64,000 nucleotides of DNA from Vicinamibacterales bacterium (GTDB lineage Bacteria > Acidobacteriota > Vicinamibacteria > Vicinamibacterales > G965249535). The translations under genes were made by a program, and so were the position numbers. The stretch spans positions 2,684,730 through 2,748,729 of the forward strand of contig OZ252241.1 in assembly GCA_965249535.1 (NCBI GenBank), written 5' to 3'. Shown piece after piece: positions 63,735 through 64,000 of the stretch (positions within the stretch are counted from its first letter, which is position 1; each line of letters starts with the position of its first letter). The notes beneath the pieces were generated by a model. It saw only the letters and a program-made list of their open reading frames with translations, did not search any database and was not told where the DNA came from.

Positions 63735-64000
63735 ATGTCCAGAATTCTTTACTTCGACTGTTTCTCAGGTGCATCCGGTGACATGATTCTTGGCGCTCTA
63801 CTTGATGCGGGCCTGCCGATTGATGCTCTTCGTCAAACACTTGATAGTTTGACGTTAGGTGATTACACAGTGACGGCTGATCGAGTAGATAGGGCTGGTA
63901 TAGCAGCGACAAAATTTGGAATACGGGAAGTAGGAAAGGATACTGATGTAACTAGGGTAGATCACGTACATGAACATAGAGGTTTGAAAGCGATCACAAG
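63735..64000 (+). CDS. larC: LarC-family (DUF111) nickel-insertion protein, 5' partial
   Basis: The ORF is open from ATG 63735 to the window edge. It encodes MSRILYFDCFSGASGDMILGALLDAGLPIDAL, the conserved N-terminus of LarC/DUF111. It is missing from the ORF track because no stop lies within the window. Confidence 0.8.
   Translation, partial: MSRILYFDCFSGASGDMILGALLDAGLPIDALRQTLDSLTLGDYTVTADRVDRAGIAATKFGIREVGKDTDVTRVDHVHEHRGLKAIT

Noticed and set aside
1-64000. A whole-window scan for CRISPR arrays, rRNA genes, IS elements or transposases, integrases, phage genes and toxin-antitoxin pairs.
   Set aside because: None was seen. There are no regularly spaced direct repeats, no rRNA-like conserved blocks and no DDE, serine or tyrosine recombinase motifs in any ORF. 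The window looks like stable chromosome with accessory envelope loci rather than a mobile region.

Overview
This 64 kb window is a chromosomal segment from a diderm (Gram-negative-type) bacterium of intermediate G+C content. I cannot assign the lineage from sequence alone. All calls rest on reading the supplied translations and the DNA by eye. No BLAST, HMM or structure search was run, so family names are motif-based recollections.

I support about 59 protein-coding genes, one tRNA-Phe(GAA) and two clear pseudogenes. I found no rRNA, CRISPR array, transposase, integrase or prophage genes.

Layout of the window:
- 0-10 kb: a Tat-exported amidase, three unknown ORFs, tRNA-Phe, a secreted triple-Rid protein, an M16 peptidase pair, a dead DNA methyltransferase and ftsB.
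- 10-17 kb: a PAP2 phosphatase, recA, a TPM/nucleotidyltransferase/LemA operon, a thiolase, a DUF721 gene and maf.
- 17-25 kb: a System I cytochrome c maturation (ccm) cluster of the variant type. CcmE carries CxxxY, CcmF is fused to CcmH, and two unknown membrane proteins sit inside the cluster.
- 25-30 kb: a metallophosphoesterase, aroK, aroA, an IMPase-family gene and a DedA/YqaA-like gene.
- 30-51.7 kb: a roughly 21 kb envelope-glycan locus. It holds one GT2, three GT4s, a GT-C-like membrane protein, an MBOAT with two AlgJ/AlgX-like proteins, AsnB, an LbH acyltransferase, an epimerase, a methyltransferase, a GlpD-like oxidoreductase and a Thr-type alkaline-phosphatase-superfamily enzyme.
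- 51.8-56.5 kb: a ttcA relic, dtd, a CPBP protease, an outer-membrane protein, dapF and an HYR-SGNH lipoprotein.
- 56.5-63.2 kb (minus strand): DUF4398, a beta-propeller-like lipoprotein, VTC, DUF4956, CotH and a second alkaline-phosphatase-superfamily enzyme.
- From 63.7 kb: the 5' end of larC.

The best candidate for an undescribed system is the tightly coupled VTC / DUF4956 / CotH / phosphotransferase operon at 56465-60966. Its predicted topology suggests polyphosphate-linked phosphorylation chemistry directed at the cell envelope.
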